Source: an uncultured Acidobacteriota bacterium (lineage in GTDB: Bacteria > Acidobacteriota > UBA6911 > RPQK01 > JAPXNP01). From it: a stretch of 64,000 bases of DNA. The notes below the pieces were generated by a model. That model was not told the DNA's origin, ran no database searches, and saw only the letters and a program-made list of their open reading frames with translations. The stretch lies in NCBI GenBank assembly GCA_963777605.1, contig CAVZRV010000011.1, forward strand, positions 416,001 to 480,000, read 5' to 3'. Shown here piece after piece: positions 60,983 through 64,000 of this stretch. Made by a program: the position numbers and the translations under genes. Each line of letters starts with the position of its first letter. The first letter of the stretch is position 1.

Positions 60983-62830
60983 ATGGCCGACGAAACGCTC
61001 TCAGTTGATGAAATATCTCGGGCCTATCGCCTATCGGACGTATTGTGGGACGACGATGGCCGGAGTCTTGTGTGGTTGGAAGGACGCTCATCCCGAAACA
61101 CCCTGGTGTCCCGGTCCCGGGAATACGGTCACATGCGCGACCTCACCCGTGACTGGTCGGTACGTGCCCGGGTAGGGTACGGAGGCGCCGACTTCTCGAT
61201 TCGAAAAGGGATCATCTACTTCGTAGACGGCCGCCGTCTCTTCCGGCAGGGCCTGAGGGCTACTTCCCCTGAGCTGATTTTGGAGGCCGAGTTCCCGCTC
61301 GCCGCTCCCACGGCGAGCCCCGACGGCAAGTGGCTGGTCGTGGTCGAGTCTACGCAAGACCGAGACCGGCTCCTCCTCGTTTCCACCAGCGGTGAACCGC
61401 AGGTTGTAGAACTCTTCCGGGAAACCCATTTCTGCATGCAGCCTGCATGGAGCCCTTCCGGCGACCGTCTCACCTGGATCGTCTGGGATCATCCCTGGAT
61501 GCCCTGGCAGGAGAGCAGGGCCCTGGTCGCGGACCTGAACTTCGAGCCTTCGCCCCACCTTGTTGGATTGAAAGAGCTTTTTCCCGGAGGGTCGGGAGAT
61601 GCCGCCTTTCAACCTGCCTTCTCCCCGGACGGCCGGTGGCTCTCCTGCGTCAGCGATCGCACCGGCTGGTTCAACCTCGAACTGTTCGACGCAGCAAAGC
61701 TCACGCCAGTCGGAGGATGGGAAGATGCGGCCGAACACGCGCCTCCGGCCTGGATTCAGGGGATGAGATCCTACGGTTGGCGGCCCGACTCGGAAGGGAT
61801 CTTGCTGCTTCGCTCCAGCCGGGGGTTTACCGAATTGTTCGATTGCACGCTGAAGACCGGCGGCAAACGTCCGGTCCAGGGGCAGATCGAAGAGTACTCC
61901 CACCTTTTCCAGCCGGCTGTCCACCCCACCGACGGATCGGTCGCCATGATAGCGTCCTCACCCCGGCAACCGACCTGCATCGTGGAGTGTACTCCCCGCG
62001 GCTCAGTTTCAATCCTGCGCCGCTCGATTCCGGACGTCGTCACTCCCGCAGGACTGAAAGCACCCGAAGCAGTCGAATTCGGAAACAACGGCGAAACCTG
62101 CTACGGGCTTCTCTGGTCCCCTTTCGCTCCCGACGTCTCTTCCCGCAAAGCCGTCATCCGGGTTCACGGAGGGCCTCAATCCCAGGCCTCGGCGGAATTC
62201 GATTTTGACGTCCACTTTTACACGTCGCACGGCTATTGGGTCTTTGACCTGAACTACCACGGCAGCAGCGGCTATGGAAAGTCCTACAGGCGATCCCTGG
62301 AGGGACGATGGGGAGAGGCAGATGTTGACGACCTCGCCACAGCAGCCGACTACCTGGTTCGAAGCCGGAGAATCGACCCCGCCCGGATTGTTCTCTCGGG
62401 TGGAAGTGCCGGCGGCTTCACGATCCTGGTTGCCCTGGCCCGCTATCCCGGCCGTTTTCGGGCTGCGGTTTGCCGCTATGCAGTCACCGACCTCTTTGCG
62501 CTCACCCGGGACATGCCCAAGTTCGAGCGGTGTTACCTCGACACCCTGATCGGCCCACTCCACGAGTCCAAGGCAACTTACCGCGAGCGTTCGCCACTCG
62601 ACCTCGCCGACCGGATCACCGATCCCGTTGCTCTTTTTCAGGGAGAGGCGGACCAGGTCGTCCCACCTGCACAGGCCCGTTGCCTGGCCCAATCGCTCCG
62701 GAATCGCGGTGTTCCCTGCCTGCTCCATCTCTTTCCCGGCGAGGGACACGGCTGGCGTCAAACGGAGACTATTCGTCGATACTACTCGCTCGTGGACCAG
62801 TTCCTGACTGAACACGTCCCCGGCGACTGA
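60983..62830 (+). CDS. S9 family (prolyl oligopeptidase/acylaminoacyl peptidase-like) serine peptidase
   Basis: Propeller SPDG repeats; HGGP, NY.GSSGYG..Y, GGSAGG nucleophile, FQG..D.VV, GEGHG. Confidence 0.92.
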   Translation: MADETLSVDEISRAYRLSDVLWDDDGRSLVWLEGRSSRNTLVSRSREYGHMRDLTRDWSVRARVGYGGADFSIRKGIIYFVDGRRLFRQGLRATSPELILEAEFPLAAPTASPDGKWLVVVESTQDRDRLLLVSTSGEPQVVELFRETHFCMQPAWSPSGDRLTWIVWDHPWMPWQESRALVADLNFEPSPHLVGLKELFPGGSGDAAFQPAFSPDGRWLSCVSDRTGWFNLELFDAAKLTPVGGWEDAAEHAPPAWIQGMRSYGWRPDSEGILLLRSSRGFTELFDCTLKTGGKRPVQGQIEEYSHLFQPAVHPTDGSVAMIASSPRQPTCIVECTPRGSVSILRRSIPDVVTPAGLKAPEAVEFGNNGETCYGLLWSPFAPDVSSRKAVIRVHGGPQSQASAEFDFDVHFYTSHGYWVFDLNYHGSSGYGKSYRRSLEGRWGEADVDDLATAADYLVRSRRIDPARIVLSGGSAGGFTILVALARYPGRFRAAVCRYAVTDLFALTRDMPKFERCYLDTLIGPLHESKATYRERSPLDLADRITDPVALFQGEADQVVPPAQARCLAQSLRNRGVPCLLHLFPGEGHGWRQTETIRRYYSLVDQFLTEHVPGD

Positions 62831-63264
62831 CGGAAACCGGCCACTTGAACCGACTTGCTGCTGGTCGACGTATTCCAAATCCGGCTTCAAAAGAATGCAA
62901 GATCACCGGCGAGCTCAACCATCGCCGAGCATTCCAAAATAAAAGGGTGTGTTGCCGAAATCGCCAATGGAGCAATATCAGACTCGTCTCTCCGCGCCCA
63001 GTCCGTCGGCGGGCGCACCACGCCCCCGGGCAAAGCCTCCGGCGGAGGCCAAACCCCTATCCCCATCTAGTATTAACGAACGTGTGGGAAAAAGTGCGAA
63101 GAGACCGCGGGAAAAATGTGCAAAAGGCGCCGCTTGGAGGGAGAGGAAGCGAAAGGACCGTATGGGAGAAGGGATGTAGAGAGCATCCAGGGAAAGACTG
63201 TTTTCATCAGAGTTTGGGCAACATACCCCAAAAAGCAGAAATCTCAAGTGTTAGAATCTGCCAT

Positions 63265-63999
63265 GTGAAGACAGATGTATTGATCGTCGGAGCCGGGTTT
63301 GCAGGGGCTTCTACCGCATTTCACCTGGTCCGGGCCGGATTCGATGGGGCCATCCTCGTTCTGGAACGGGAGGAAATTCCCGGTTACCACGCCTCGGGCC
63401 GAAATGCCTCACTCGTGCTCCAGTCAGTTGACAATCCGACCATCCGAGAGATCGTAGCCGTGAGTGTTGCAAGCTACCTCGAAGTCTCCGAGGCGATCGG
63501 CTATCGTCCAGTGGGATCCCTCCTTTTGGGCACAGAGGATCAACTTGAACGGCTGCGCGATACCAGTCTCATTGAAAGCGGCTACCTGACTCCGGCAGCG
63601 GCACGCGAGCGAGTGCCCTTGCTGGAGGGCCACCACTTCGAGACTGGACTCTTGACCAAGACTGATGGCGCCATGGACATCTCCAGGTTGCTGCAGTACT
63701 ACCTTGACGGCGCCCGGCGGGGAAATTGCCAGGTCCGCCTCAGTTGCCCGGTCGAAGGCATCGAGCGGACAGTAGACGGATTCAAGGTTCTGACCGAGCA
63801 TGGTCCCGTGGAGGCGCGAGTCGTAGTTGACGGCGCTGGGGCCTGGGCGCCGGCGATCGCCGAGATGGCGGGGATCGCCCCGCTGCCGATGAAGTCTTTC
63901 AAGCGCCACCTTTTCGTCCTGGACGGCCTCGAAGACCTGGACGAGAGCTGGCCATTCGCCTGGAGTATCGACCGCGGGTTCTATTTCCGCCCCGAGTCC
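63265..63999 (+). CDS. FAD-dependent oxidoreductase (DAO / glycine-sarcosine oxidase family), runs off the window
   Basis: Manual translation from GTG 63265: MKTDVLIVGAGFAGASTAFHL..LERE..PGYHASGRNA..VVVDGAGAWA. Confidence 0.85.
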   Translation, partial: MKTDVLIVGAGFAGASTAFHLVRAGFDGAILVLEREEIPGYHASGRNASLVLQSVDNPTIREIVAVSVASYLEVSEAIGYRPVGSLLLGTEDQLERLRDTSLIESGYLTPAAARERVPLLEGHHFETGLLTKTDGAMDISRLLQYYLDGARRGNCQVRLSCPVEGIERTVDGFKVLTEHGPVEARVVVDGAGAWAPAIAEMAGIAPLPMKSFKRHLFVLDGLEDLDESWPFAWSIDRGFYFRPES

Positions 64000-64000
64000 G

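Noticed and set aside
63029-63057. GCAAAGCCTCCGGC resembles part of a c-di-GMP-I riboswitch
   Set aside because: The upstream GGCAAAC..GAAA..GGGAC hairpin and the P1 pairing are absent; the segment instead pairs locally with GGAGGC.

Overview
GC-rich bacterial chromosomal segment, probably Acidobacteriota (inferred from gene families such as the VWFA-related protein and topA-dprA-mqnA context). It is mostly housekeeping and metabolic: EF-G paralog, lgt, rluD, topA, dprA, mqnA, namZ-CYTH-murU-amgK-like cluster, asnS, folD, der, ihf/merR, ypdA, tRNA-Val(CAC), ndk, sucCD, a cryptic sugar-oxidoreductase cluster and an ECF sigma/anti-sigma-vWA pair. The most notable region is about 9-21.7 kb. A secreted subtilase ends in 29 in-register hexapeptide units, 20 of them xxIW[T/S/A]D. 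It is followed by an unannotated 32-aa ORF with a good RBS (MEKQLNIIHWTDGTSTTILGGNDEMRIVHWTD) that carries the same WTD motif twice plus a Gly-Gly. Divergent from these is a ~1,730-codon pseudokinase-ATPase-TPR-like-sigma54 activator, and nearby are an EamA transporter and a membrane HD-GYP/GAF/GGDEF protein. This looks like a candidate undescribed peptide-signalling or peptide-assembly system. Several single-base frameshifts and one badly degraded stretch suggest long-read consensus errors or pseudogenes. REP-like palindromic elements and 7/9-nt intergenic repeats are common.
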